A stretch of DNA of 64,000 bases from Asterias rubens (GCF_902459465.1 NC_047083.1:682001-746000), one strand, 5' to 3'. Numbered from the stretch's first letter, positions 24,834 to 36,219 are shown. Made by a program: numbers and translations. Notes: generated by a model not told the origin, from the letters alone.

Positions 24834-25184
24834 GGATTTGAGTACTTTTTCAAAATGTCCATAGATTTACATTAAACTTACAGAGTTTGAAGATAATGAT
24901 AGTGGAAAGCTTCCCTTCAAATCTTACTTACTGAGGTGCTGTAGTTTTTGAGAAATGAGTAAAACAATGACATGAAAAAACGTTTGAAATGATTAAAATA
25001 TTGTCGTCTCATGAGACGAAAATTATTTTCATGACATTGTTTTACTCATTTCCCAAAAACTACAGCACATCAGCACTTAATATTTTCAGGGAAGCTTTCT
25101 ACTATCATTATCTTCAAACTGTGTAAGTTTAGTGTAAATCTATGGAAATTGTGTTTTTTGTCCTACAAAAGTTACATAGACCCT
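24834..25184. mobile_element. Long-palindrome TTAA MITE, family D (fragments at about 22570-22645 and 31360-31435)
   Basis: Arms ttgaagataatgatagtggaaagcttccc / gggaagctttctactatcattatcttcaa; ends ...AGACCCT|ttaa. Confidence 0.75.
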
Positions 25185-25393
25185 TTAAATTAGTTGACAG
25201 AAATTAACATTTTTTTCACATACCTGCCATGTATCTTGCCTTTATAAACAAATGTTCTCCAGCAGATTTCGTTGGTACACCACCCATTCCAAAGATCACA
25301 CACGACCAATGACTCGACTACAATGTACATGTAGGCCTATGCACATAATATATCACAATCCCCCGTTGGCCTTCCCACAACACACTGCATGTT

Positions 25394-25758
25394 AGTGGAC
25401 ACTATTTGTAATTGTCGAAGACTAGCCTTCACAGTTGGTGCTCAACCATGCATAAACAACCTGTGAAAAATTGAGCTCAATCCGTCATCGAAGTTTCGAG
25501 ATAATAATGAAAGAAAAAACACCATTGTCACACAAAGTTGTGTGCGTTTAGATGGTTGATTTCGATACCTCAAGTTCTTAATCTGAGGTCTCGAAATCAA
25601 ATTCGTGGAAAATTACTTCTTTCTCGAAAACTATGGCACTTCAGAGGGAGCCGTTTCTCACAATGTTTTATACCATCAACATCTCCCCATTACTCGTCAT
25701 CAAGAAAGGTTTTATGTTAATAATTATTTTGAGTAATTACCAATAGTGTCCACTTCCT
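25394..25758. mobile_element. TTAA MITE, family A (left terminus deleted relative to the 34298 copy)
   Basis: Homology to 34298-34681. Confidence 0.85.
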
Positions 25759-25780
25759 TTAAACATGGAGGCCGAATTAA

Positions 25781-26084
25781 AGGAACACATTGCCTTGGAA
25801 CGGTCGAGTTGGTATTTGAAAAGCGTTTTGTAACCGTTTGTTATAAAATGCATATGGTTCGAAAGATGTTGTAAAAGTAGAATACAATGATCTACACAAA
25901 TATGCCTCGAAATTGTGTGGTTTTCTTTTTACCTCGTCCGTGATAGTTCGCGACGTAAAAAGTAAACCGTACAGTTTTGAGTGATACTTGTGTGGATCAT
26001 TATAGTCTACTTCTAAAACATCTTTCTAACCATTATGCATTTCATAACAAACGGTTTCAAACGCTTTTTATAGACCAACTCGAC
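25781..26084. mobile_element. TTAA MITE, family B, right-truncated (duplicate at 34704-35004)
   Basis: ttaa|AGGAACACATTGCCTTGG... Confidence 0.8.
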
Positions 26085-26409
26085 TTCTACCTCCCCATGT
26101 GTAAACAAATTAGACAAAGCCAAGTTTGCTCGGTATGGCACATTTCTATGCTTTTTACGGATGACTAGTCGTCACAGTCGGTACAGATCAGTGTATTTTT
26201 GATCAAATTTTGAATAATAATAACGGAGCTGATAACAAAAGCTCCACTGTAAACGTGAACCAAGGGCAAGGTGTTTTTTTACGGATGACGTGTCGTCACA
26301 GCTGCAGACAAAAACCCACTCACTCGACCCAGAATTGACAATTAAAATCAGTGGATTGGATCCAAGAGTGAGTAAACAACGGCTAACGTACTTCTAGAAA
26401 CTATGTTAA

Positions 26410-26717
26410 AGGAACACGTTGCCTTGGATCGGACGAGTTGGTCTATAAAAAGCGTTTGTAACCGTTTGTTATAAATTGCATATGGTTGGAAGGGTGTTTT
26501 AAAAGTAGAATACAATGGTCCACACAAATTTGCCTCGAAATTGTGTGGTTTTCATTTTACTTTGCGAACTAACACGGTCGGCCATTTATTGGAGTCAAAA
26601 GTTTGACTCCCATAAATGGCCCACCGTGTTCGTCGACGAGGTAAAGGCAAAACCGTGTAATTAGTTCGAGGCGTGTTTGTGTGGATCATTGTATTCTACT
26701 TTTAAAACATCTTTCCA
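26410..26717. mobile_element. TTAA MITE, family B, truncated at the duplication breakpoint
   Basis: ttaa|AGGAACACGTTGCCTTGGATCGG...; its counterpart at about 35300-35602 runs on to the right TIR. Confidence 0.8.
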
Positions 26718-26942
26718 GTTTTTGAGAAATGAGTGAAAAAATGTCTAATTTAGACTCCGAGCGAGGTGGTCAAAAACCCCTAAAGGCATCTAATACTACA
26801 TTTCAACCCTACTTAATAGTTAAAGGCGTTAGCAGTTCTTATTTAGTGACAATGTTCGCAAAATCATGACACGAGAATTATTTCGCCGGATCATAATCCC
26901 CTCTGTTGATACAAATACATGTAAACCCTCGTATTATGCATT

Positions 26943-27010
26943 GGGCCTCATGGCCTAGTGGCTATCAGTCGCGCTAACATCTCTGATACCTGCGAGTTCG
27001 AATCTCCATG
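26943..27010 (+). mobile_element. tRNA-like SINE head / pseudo-tRNA
   Basis: A box TGGCCTAGTGG and B box GTTCGAATC, but no convincing acceptor stem. Confidence 0.55.
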
Positions 27011-29140
27011 TGAATCCAATTTTTTGTTTTTTCCCCCAAAACTAAAAAAATATTTCTTTTTGTAATATTTAAGTTTTTAGATTCTTATCTTTATATCGAT
27101 AGTGTTGCCTTTTCTTTTTCTCAATTGTTAGCCAAACATAACCTGTGTGCATGTGTAACCCGGAAAAAGGGTACACTTAGAAAATGAATGAATAAAGCTA
27201 AATAAGAATGCTAACTATGGGGGCACTCGCTTGAACAAATGAGAAAAACCAAGATCGGTAGGGCTAAGACGCGAGGAGATGCAAAAAAATAGGAACAGTG
27301 ACTCAAAGTGTAGGTTTCTCAACAAAAACAACTAAAAATAGCTTTATTGACTATAAATCAATCAACAAAAGCAGTATTAAACAATAAAAACCTCTAGACC
27401 AAAACGAATGGACTTGGACCTCGCACTTTAAAATTACTCTGTTTGAAACCTCAACTTCAACAAAGGAAACCTATACCAAGAACTATTAAAAAACTCAACT
27501 AAACCAAAACTAAAATACAAACACAGTTAAACCATCAAACACAGTGCCAAAGAAAAGTTACAAATTAAAATCAAAATGGCTTTAGGATACCGAGTCCAAA
27601 ATAGCAGAAAATACACTTGAAAGATGGCAAAATTACATGGTGAAGAGAGAGCTAAGAACACATGTGCTCCCTGCGCTGCCAGGCTGCTATCTGATTATAA
27701 TTATATAGGCTACAATGCACTGGATGGGTGACTACACTACCAAAGGATTAAGAAACTGTTTACCAACATGTAACAAAAGACTTCTAAGAAATAACAACCT
27801 ACATGTACAGGGGTGCAATAAAACAGCTGAAGGGACAATGTAAACAGGAAAAGCAATTAACTAGAACCTGGAATTAACTAACTTGAATAATAACACAATG
27901 CATTTTCTACCCCTACTACACATGCATGACAAGATGATGTTTGAAAAACACAGTAAGCGGAAAATGGTGATCATAAGCGCAGAGTTTGGTGGTTAAGAGT
28001 TCTGTGAAATCAAATCGTACTAGATCAAACATCAAACCACAGACCCTAAAAAAAATTAAAAATCGTAATTAATTAACCACGTGACCCATATTTGCATATT
28101 TAATTGTACAAGGGGACAAAGTTGTTGGAACTTCCTGTTGATGCTGTTATTATCATGAGAACATCAGCATAAGTATTGGAATTGCACTGCCTATTGAACC
28201 ACTTGGAGTGTTCAAGGAGTCCAACACGTTAGTCTAGAGTCCAACTCTGATTGTAAAAATCAATTCAGGCATCATCTTCAATTTAATTTTATGCAACAAG
28301 CAAACTTATACATTTTCTGATTTTATTTCAAAGGGTAACATAAATGGCTGTTAGCAAACGGTTTCCAACAAAAACTACATGGTGTACGTGCACAATACTC
28401 TAACTGGCCTCAAGCATTTACCTCTAGATAATAAATCAAGCATTCAGTTCAAAATGATAAAAGTTTGTTATCGCCACATAATTCAGCGAACCATAAATCA
28501 TACACAGCTACTATTCACAAGAACATCTATGTGTGGAGGGTAACAGACAGCACACAATGGAACCGGAGTTTAACACAAGGTTTTTTCCCAGCAAGAGTTG
28601 TGGGGCCCAATTTCTCTAGTATTTATTTTGGGTATTTTGTTTATCTGTTTCATTTACATATATGGTTAAGTTTTATTTTACGCTAACTGTTTTTGTGTTT
28701 GTTCTTCCTGTAATTTTGAATTGTTTTGCCGCTACATAAGATTACACCCACTAAATAGAATTGCTTACATTGCTTTCTTCGTTAGAAAAAGGGGGGGGGG
28801 GTCCGTACTCGTTAAGGTTTGCTTTTTATGGGCCCCTCCATCCCCTACATGTGTTTTGCATTGATTTTTAGTTTTTGTTTTCTATTATTGTACGATTGCA
28901 TTGGCTTGTAATAAATTATTTATTACCTTCTGTGTAGACTAAGCAAGTCTCGCGCGTATTTGAACTTGCGGGACCATTATGTTCCAAACCTTATGGAGTT
29001 TTACGTGGGACATTTTGTTTCGTCCATTATTTTAGTTTAACGTAGTTTATGACCATGAATATTATAAATATTGTTGGAAATATAATACTAGTTAACAAAA
29101 CGTATACAAGTAAAATCCTTCAACAAAAGAAAACCTACTT

Positions 29141-29515
29141 TCGGGATGTCGACTTCCCGAGATAAATTATCACAGCAAGATGACAACTGACGTTTAGGAT
29201 GTCGACATACCGAGATTATTAGATTAGATTAGATTAGATTAGATTATAATTCTTTATTGTCCGCATAACATATACAGATAATTGTTTTCCATTGGCAATT
29301 GGAGACATTAAACAATTATTATTATTATTATTATAATAAACATGTTCATAAAAGCGAACAATAAAATGTAAAGCACAATACAAAACCACGAAAAAATTGC
29401 ATAGATAAATTGCTGAGATAAATTATCACAGCAAGACGACATCCTACTTTTAGGATGTCGACATCCCGAGATAAATTATCACAGGAAGACGACATTCTTC
29501 TTTAAGAATGTCGAC
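29141..29515. repeat. About 53-bp palindromic tandem repeat interrupted by a (TCTAA)n-tailed retroposon fragment (about 29218-29412)
   Basis: Unit GAGATAAATTATCACAGCAAGACGACATCCTACTTTTAGGATGTCGACATCCC. Confidence 0.75.
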
Positions 29516-29519
29516 TGTT

Positions 29520-29930
29520 TGTAGTTATAAGACTCCTTGGGGATAGGAGAAAAATTTGGAAAAACCGTGACCTCAATTTGACCTCTACTTCCGGGTCAAC
29601 CGGAAGTGGGACCATATCTCAAGAACTACTCAACCGATTTTCAATTTGTTTTCACTTACAGACTCCTTGATCTTAATATTGACTGTGAAAACTCGTGACC
29701 CAATGTTGGCCTCTACGTCCGGGTGAACCGGAAGTGGGACCATACGCCAATTATTATACAACCGATTTTCAATCCTGTTTGTTCAGTTTTATCCTCCTAA
29801 GGCATTAAAAATAAACTTTGAAAATCCATGACCCCAAGTTGACCTCTACTTCCGGGTCAACCAGAAGTGGCACCATATCTCAAGAACTACACAACCGATT
29901 TTCTAACTTTTTTCAGTTACAGACTCCTTG
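29520..29930. repeat. About 130-bp tandem repeat, 3 copies
   Basis: Each copy has TGACC..GACCTCTACTTCCGGGTCAACCGGAAGTGG.ACCATA..CAACCGATTTTC. Confidence 0.85.
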
Positions 29931-30325
29931 GGCGTTAGAGATTAGCCTTAGGTTACCGTGACCCCATGAAGTGGCACCGTAACTCAATAGTCTTTTCAAA
30001 AGTCTGTTCAACAGGTTACTATGTACGTTGTATCGGCCTCCCCAAACCGAACAACAATAGGCCAAACTCGGTAACACAAAAGTTTTAACCAACGTATGCA
30101 TATGCAATCGTGTCCGGGGGTGCAAAAACCTTTCGGTGGACATAAAATGACTGTACATCATACCGAATATCAGTAACAAGCAATATGCAACAAATGGAAA
30201 TTTGGTTGGTAATCCTGTTTTTATCTAAGAAGAAAGTTCATGCTAAGCAAATTTTTGTGCTTAGCAGCTCTATGAAATTGGGCCCAGATCTACTTGTTCT
30301 ATTCTAAACAAACATAGTCAATTAA

Positions 30326-31074
30326 ATGCACTGGACAATATTGCAGTATTGGTAATTACTCAAAATAATTGTTAGCATCAAAACCTTCTTGGTAACGAGC
30401 AATGGAGAGCTGTTAATAGTAATGGTATAAAACATTGTGATACGGCTGCCTCTGAAGTAATTTTTGAGAAAGAAGTAATTTTCACTAAAATATTTGAATT
30501 GAATTTGAGAACTCGGTCTCGAATTCAAGCATTTGAAAGCATTAGTCTCTCGCAACTTCGATGACCAATTGAGTCTAAATTTTCATCAGGTTTTTTTGTT
30601 ATTTTATGCAAATGTTGAGATACAACAAAGGTGTCAAGTGCCTTTAAAATAAAAATTATGAACAACCCTGTAACAACGGATCTACTTGTCTATCTCAAAA
30701 TAATTGCTAGCATCAAAACCTACCTGGTAACGAGTAATGGGGAGCTGTTGATAGTATGACACATTGTGAGAAACGGCTCCTGCTGAAGCAACATAGTTTT
30801 TGAAATAGAAGTAATTTTCACTAAAATATTTGAATTAAATTTGAGACCTCAGCTGAGGTCTCGAACTCAAGCATTTGAAAGCACACTTGTGCGACAATGG
30901 TGTTTTTTCTTCCATTATTCCCTCGCTACTTCAACGACCAATTGAGTCTAAATTTACCCCTTTTTTGTTATTTTATGCAAACATGTACATGTACATGTAC
31001 ATGTACATGTACATGTATACATGTATGTTGAGATACACCAAGTGAAAATACAATACCAAAGGTGTCCAGTGGCT
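30326..31074. mobile_element. Two tandem family A variant MITEs (30326-30643 and 30694-31074)
   Basis: Both sit in the same flanking unit (...gtcaattaa|MITE|aaataaaaattatgaaca). Confidence 0.8.
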
Positions 31075-31539
31075 TCAAAATAAAAATTATGAACACATAA
31101 TTATTAAGAATTATATTCACTGGGGATACCTAATGTTCTTGTTCTATATTATTCTAAACATACATAGTCAATGTAAATAAAAATTATGGTGACAAAACTA
31201 TTGAGAAGTTTATTCCATGTGACACCGGATCTACTTTTTCATGATTTTTAAAAACACTTAGGCAATTAAAATAAAAACAATTGGTTACAAGATTATTATA
31301 ATTTTATTCCCTAGAACAACGGATGTACTTGTTCTGTTCTAAACATACAGTCATAAGGGAAGCTTTCTACTATAGCATTATCTTCAAACTGTGTGAGTTT
31401 AATGTAAATCTTTCCTACAAAAAGTACCCAGACCCTTGTTCAGTCACAAGTTGACTGACCCCATACTGGATATCATCGATTGGGCCTGCAGTCTAAGCTT
31501 AAAGGGTTACGTTGCCTTGGATTGGGCGAGTTGGCGCTT

Positions 31540-31760
31540 ATTATTATTATTATTATTTATTCGGCCAAGATTTCAACAAACAGTACGAGATACAATATTG
31601 AAATATAAATAAAGAAATATAACAGTATAAGAAACAATGAATGTAAACTTAAGACATCTAGAACAATTGTAAACCAATGATTGAGTGAGACAGAGCACTG
31701 GCAATCAAGCAAGACAATTATAAAAACAGACAGGACAAGCCCATTCTAAGATGGCCAGGA
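31540..31760 (-). mobile_element. 5'-truncated LINE 3'-UTR insertion with (AAT)n tail, present only in duplication copy 2
   Basis: Copy 1 reads GGCGC TT GAAGG; copy 2 has TT[attattatt...ccagga]TT. Confidence 0.8.
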
Positions 31761-31949
31761 TTGAAGGCGCTTGAAACCGTTTATGAAAACATGCCTCAAA
31801 GTTGCATGGTGTTCCTTAATACAACACGTGAACTAACACATTCGGCCGTTTTGTAGTTAAAAAAGTAACAGGAAAACCACGCCATGTCCATCGATCGTGT
31901 TCCCAGGTTTCGTTGAGCATACTGCATAATTATAGTTAGAACGGATCAT

Positions 31950-33734
31950 TTAATTATTTTCCTGCGGTCGATGTTCACGCTGCTGATGGGTGGTCAGAGA
32001 ACGTTTGTGTGAAAAAGCTTTTCCACAAATGAGACAGAGATATGGTTTTTCCCCAGTGTGGACCCGCTGATGACTAGTTAAATTAGTTTTCTGAAAAAAT
32101 GTTTTTCCGCAAATATCACAAAGAAATGGTGTCTCTCCAGTGTGGATTAGGTTATGGTCTTTCAAGTGAGATTTTCGTGAAAATGCTTTTCCGCAAATGT
32201 CACAAACAAATGGTTTCACTCCAGTGTGGACTCTCAGGTGGCCATAGGAAGATTGAATCGAAAATGCTTTTCCACAATAGTGACAAACAAATGGTTTCTC
32301 TCCAAAGTGGATTCTCTGGTGTCCAGCAAATTTGATTTGATTTGAAAGTTGAGTTGATTGTCCACAAATTCCATGTTTCTCTCCAGTGTGAACTCTTAAG
32401 TGAGTCCTTAAATTGCTTTTGTGAGCAAATTCTTTTTCACAAATGTCACAAACAAATGGTTTCTCTCCAGTGTGGACACGCAGATGCAAACCCAATTGTC
32501 GTTTTGAAGGAAATGCTTTTCCACAAATCTCACAAAGAAATGGTTTCTCTCCAGTGTGGACCAGCTGATGGCGTGCCAGTGACGATTTATGCGAGAAAGC
32601 TTCTCCACAAATATCACAAACAAAAGGTTTCTCTCCAGTGTGGACACGCTGATGATCTATCAGTGAACGACTATATGAATACGATCTTCCGCACAATTCA
32701 CAAACACATGGTCTTTCCCCGGTGTGGACACGCTTATGGACAGTCAGGTTAAACTTTTGTGAAAAAGCTTTTCCACAAATATCACAAACGAACGGTTTCT
32801 CTCCAGTGTGGGTACGCTTATGAACAGTCAGGTAAATTTTTTGTGTGTAGGCATGTCCACAAATTTCACAAACAAATGGTCTTTCTCCGGTGTGGATACG
32901 CGTATGAACAGTCAGGTTATTTTTTTGTGTGTAGGCATTTCCACAAATGTCACAAACAAACGGTTTCTCTCCGGTGTGGGTACGCTTATGAACAGTCAGG
33001 TAAATTTTTTGTGTGTAGGCATGTCCACAAATATCACAAACGAACGGTTTCTCTCCGGTGTGGGTACGCTTATGAACAGTTAGGTAAATTTTGTGTGTGT
33101 AGGCATGTCCACAAATTTCACAAACAAATGGTCTTTCTCCGGTGTGGATACGCGTATGAACAGTCAGGTTATTTTTTTGTGTGTAGGCATTTCCACAAAT
33201 GTCACAAACAAACGGTTTCTCTCCGGTGTGGATACGCGTATGAACAGTCAGGTTATTTTTTTGTGTGTAGGCATTTCCACAAATGTCACAAACAAACGGT
33301 TTCTCTCCGGTGTGGGTACGCTTATGAACAGTCAGGTAAATTTTTTGTGTGTAGGCATTTCCACAAATATCACAAACGAACGGTTTCTCTCCGGTGTGGG
33401 TACGCTTATGAACAGTCAGGTACATTTTTTGTGTGTAGGCATGTCCACAAATTTCACAAACAAATGGTCTTTCTCCGGTGTGGATACGCGTATGAACAGT
33501 CAGGTTATTTTTGTGTGTGTAGGCATTTCCACAAATGTCACAAACAAACGGTTTCTCGCCAGGTTGGGTACGCTGAGGAAGTGTCCGTGAGCAGGATTTT
33601 CCAAAAGTTTCACAAACAATTGACTTTTCTCCAGTGTGGACTCTTTGGTGCTTTCTTAGTTTGTGTTTTTGAGAGAACGACTTGCTACACACATCACATA
33701 CAAATTCAAATGTCTTCTTCCGCTCACAATTCAT
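31950..33734 (-). CDS. C2H2 zinc-finger protein ZF2 (594 aa, about 19 intact fingers, single coding exon, no effector domain)
   Basis: Intact ORF from ATG 33734; TGEKP linkers; acceptor tctctgcag at 33886; upstream donor cag|gtatgt at 34118. Confidence 0.92.
   Translation of the reverse strand: MNCERKKTFEFVCDVCSKSFSQKHKLRKHQRVHTGEKSIVCETFGKSCSRTLPQRTQPGEKPFVCDICGNAYTHKNNLTVHTRIHTGERPFVCEICGHAYTQKMYLTVHKRTHTGEKPFVCDICGNAYTQKIYLTVHKRTHTGEKPFVCDICGNAYTQKNNLTVHTRIHTGEKPFVCDICGNAYTQKNNLTVHTRIHTGERPFVCEICGHAYTHKIYLTVHKRTHTGEKPFVCDICGHAYTQKIYLTVHKRTHTGEKPFVCDICGNAYTQKNNLTVHTRIHTGERPFVCEICGHAYTQKIYLTVHKRTHTGEKPFVCDICGKAFSQKFNLTVHKRVHTGERPCVCELCGRSYSYSRSLIDHQRVHTGEKPFVCDICGEAFSHKSSLARHQLVHTGEKPFLCEICGKAFPSKRQLGLHLRVHTGEKPFVCDICEKEFAHKSNLRTHLRVHTGEKHGICGQSTQLSNQIKFAGHQRIHFGEKPFVCHYCGKAFSIQSSYGHLRVHTGVKPFVCDICGKAFSRKSHLKDHNLIHTGETPFLCDICGKTFFQKTNLTSHQRVHTGEKPYLCLICGKAFSHKRSLTTHQQREHRPQENN
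32787..33542 (-). repeat. Nine near-identical 84-bp zinc-finger units (coding minisatellite)
   Basis: First Cys codons spaced by exactly 84 bp; mosaic of two finger types. Confidence 0.95.
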
Positions 33735-34297
33735 GTTCAAAAATTATTTTAAAACATCATTGCCAACATCACAAATAAACAGTTTCCCTTCCTCCGTGCG
33801 AGTTCGATTTATGATTTAATTTACATCAGTGTCTTTAAGTTAACAGTGGTTGATGACTTTAAAGTCGCAGTGTTACATCACTCATCTGCAGAGAAGGCAG
33901 AAACAAAACGTGAATTTTTCTACTAATGATTTAATATTATTATTTTTATTATTATTATTACTCAAATGACTTTAGCATAGGCTTTTGAAATCAATCAATC
34001 AATCAGTCAAAGGTCAGATGCTGGAGAACTAACTACTTCTAGCTTAGAAACTATAAGCTCACCCTTTCTAGAAGTATTGCAGAACAGTTGAACATAAATT
34101 AACATTTTTGTCACATACCTGCCATGTATTTCGCCTTTATAAACAAAATAATGTTCTCCAGCAGATTTCGTTGGTACACCACCCATTCCAAAGATCACAC
34201 ACGACCAATGACTCGACTACAATGTACATGTAGGCCTATGCACATACGTGTATATCCCAATCCCCCGTTGGCCTTCCCACAACACACTGCATGTTAA

Positions 34298-34681
34298 AGG
34301 CAGTGGACACTATTGGTAATTGTCAAAGACTAGCCCTCACAGTTGGTGTATCTCAACACATACATAAAATAACAAACCTGTAAAAATTTGAGCTCAATCG
34401 GTCATCGAAGTTGCGAGATAATACATGTAATGAAAGAAAAATAACCCTTGCAACACAAAGTTGTGTGCGTTTAGATGGTTGATTTCGATACCTCAAGTTC
34501 TTAATCTGAGGTCTCGAAATCAAATTCGTGGAAAATTACTTCTTTCTCGAAAACTATGGCACTTCAGAGGGAGCTGTTTCTCACAATGTTTTATACCATC
34601 AACATCTCCCCATTACTCGTCATCAAGAAAGGTTTTATGCTAATAATTATTTTGAGTAATTACCAATAGTGTCCACTGCCT
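34298..34681. mobile_element. TTAA MITE, family A
   Basis: ttaa|AGGCAGTGGACAC...GTGTCCACTGCCT|ttaa. Confidence 0.92.
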
Positions 34682-35706
34682 TTAAACATGGAGGCCGAAT
34701 TAAAGGAACACGTTGCCTTGGAACGGTCGAGTTGGTATTTAAAAAGCGTTTTGTAACCGTTTGTTATAAAATGCATATGGTTCGAAAGATGTTGTAAAAG
34801 TAAAATACAATGATCTACACAAATGCCTCGAAATTGTGTGGTTTTCTTTTTACCTCGTCCGTGATAGTTCGCGACGTAAAAAGTAAACCGTACAGTTTTG
34901 AGTGATACTTGTGTGGATCATTGTAGTCTACTTTTAAAACATTTTTCTAACCATATGCATTTCATAACAAACGGTTTCAAACGCTTTTTATAGACCAACT
35001 CGACTTCTACCTCCCCATGTGTAAACAAATTAGACAAAGCCAAGTTTGCTCGGTATGGCACATATCTATGCTTTTTACGGATGACTAGTCGTCACAGTCG
35101 GTACAGATCAGTGTATTTTTGATCAAATTTTGAATAATAATAACGGAGCTTTATAACAAAAGCTCCACCGTTAACGTGAACCAAGGGCAAGGTGTTTTTT
35201 TACGGATGACGTGTCGTCACAGCTGCAGACAAAAACCCACTCACTCGACCTAGAATTGACAATTAAAATCAGTGGATCCAAGAGTGAGTAAACAACGGAA
35301 AGGTGTTTTAAAAGTAGAATACAATGGTCCACACAAATTTGCCTCGAAATTGCGTGGTTTTCATTTTACTTTGCGAACTAACACGGTCGGCCATTTATTG
35401 GAGTCAAAAGTTTGACTCCCATAAATGGCCCACCGTGTTCGTCGACGAGGTAAAGGCAAAACCGTGCAATTAGTTCGAGGCGTGTTTGTGTGGATCATTG
35501 TATTCTACTTTTAAAACATCTTTCCAACCATAATGCACTTTATAACAAACGGTTACACACGCTTTTCAAAGACCAACTCGACCGATCCAAGGCAACGTGT
35601 TCACAAAGGCTACATTGTAGCTGCAGACAAAAACACACTATATATGGATAAGAAACCCAGTGAAAGTCTCATTAAATCACCGTGTACAGAGCCTGGGCCC
35701 AGTTTC

Positions 35707-35935
35707 AGCCATTGGACACTTTCGGTAAACAGTATTGTCCAAGGCCCAACTTCGTGTATCACAACTTATATATAAAATAACAAACCTGTGAAAATTTAGG
35801 CTCAATCGGTCATCGGAGTCGGGAGAAAATAACTGGAAAACCCACCCTTGTTTCCGCACGTTTCGCTGTGTCATGACATGTGTTTACTATAAAACCGTAA
35901 TTCTCGCTATCGAGAATTGATAATTGTTTTAATGT
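35707..35935. mobile_element. Family C MITE, partial
   Basis: AGCCATTGGACACTTTCGGTAAACAG... Confidence 0.7.
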
Positions 35936-36219
35936 TATCGAGGTTGGGTAAAAAGTAATTTATTAGTGAATGAGGCTCAGGCTAAAAGGCTATGGGGAAA
36001 ACCTCACCACCCTCGATGTTGTTCTTTGTGTTTCCATCTTCTTGCTTGTGGTCAAGCCAGTCCCTTCCCTTCACCCCCCCCCCCCCTTTTTTTTTGTCCC
36101 CCTATTCATTGTTTACCCCCTGCTTTTTTATGTATGCTTTCTAACCCCATTCATGTATTTCCACTTCACTGCTTATGTTTCACTTAGTTACCTGTTCATG
36201 TTTGTTGTGTTGTCATTTA

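Larger units (their letters stand above)
21606..26717. repeat. Segmental duplication copy 1 (paired with 29952-35525)
   Basis: Collinear near-identity from GTTACCGTGACCCC to AAACATCTTTCCA, with copy-specific indels. Confidence 0.93.
29952..35525. repeat. Segmental duplication copy 2
   Basis: See 21606-26717. Confidence 0.93.

Noticed and set aside
26943-27010. Genuine tRNA gene (also about 12975-13010, 14038, 46672 and 51630)
   Set aside because: A/B boxes are present but no complete cloverleaf or acceptor stem could be formed; treated as SINE heads.
27209-27775. Solo LTR (TG...CA ends, TATA-like and AATAAA on minus strand)
   Set aside because: No matching 4-6 bp TSD (aagaa vs aaaga) and no second copy in the window to fix boundaries.
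32759-33778. 339-aa plus-strand ORF and other overlapping ORFs across the ZF arrays
   Set aside because: Antisense or alternative-frame shadows of repetitive C2H2 codons; no independent protein signature.
34007-34198. Coding upstream exon giving ZF2 an N-terminal domain
   Set aside because: The frame from the ATG at about 34186 hits TGA immediately after splicing at 34119/33885, so it is at most a uORF.
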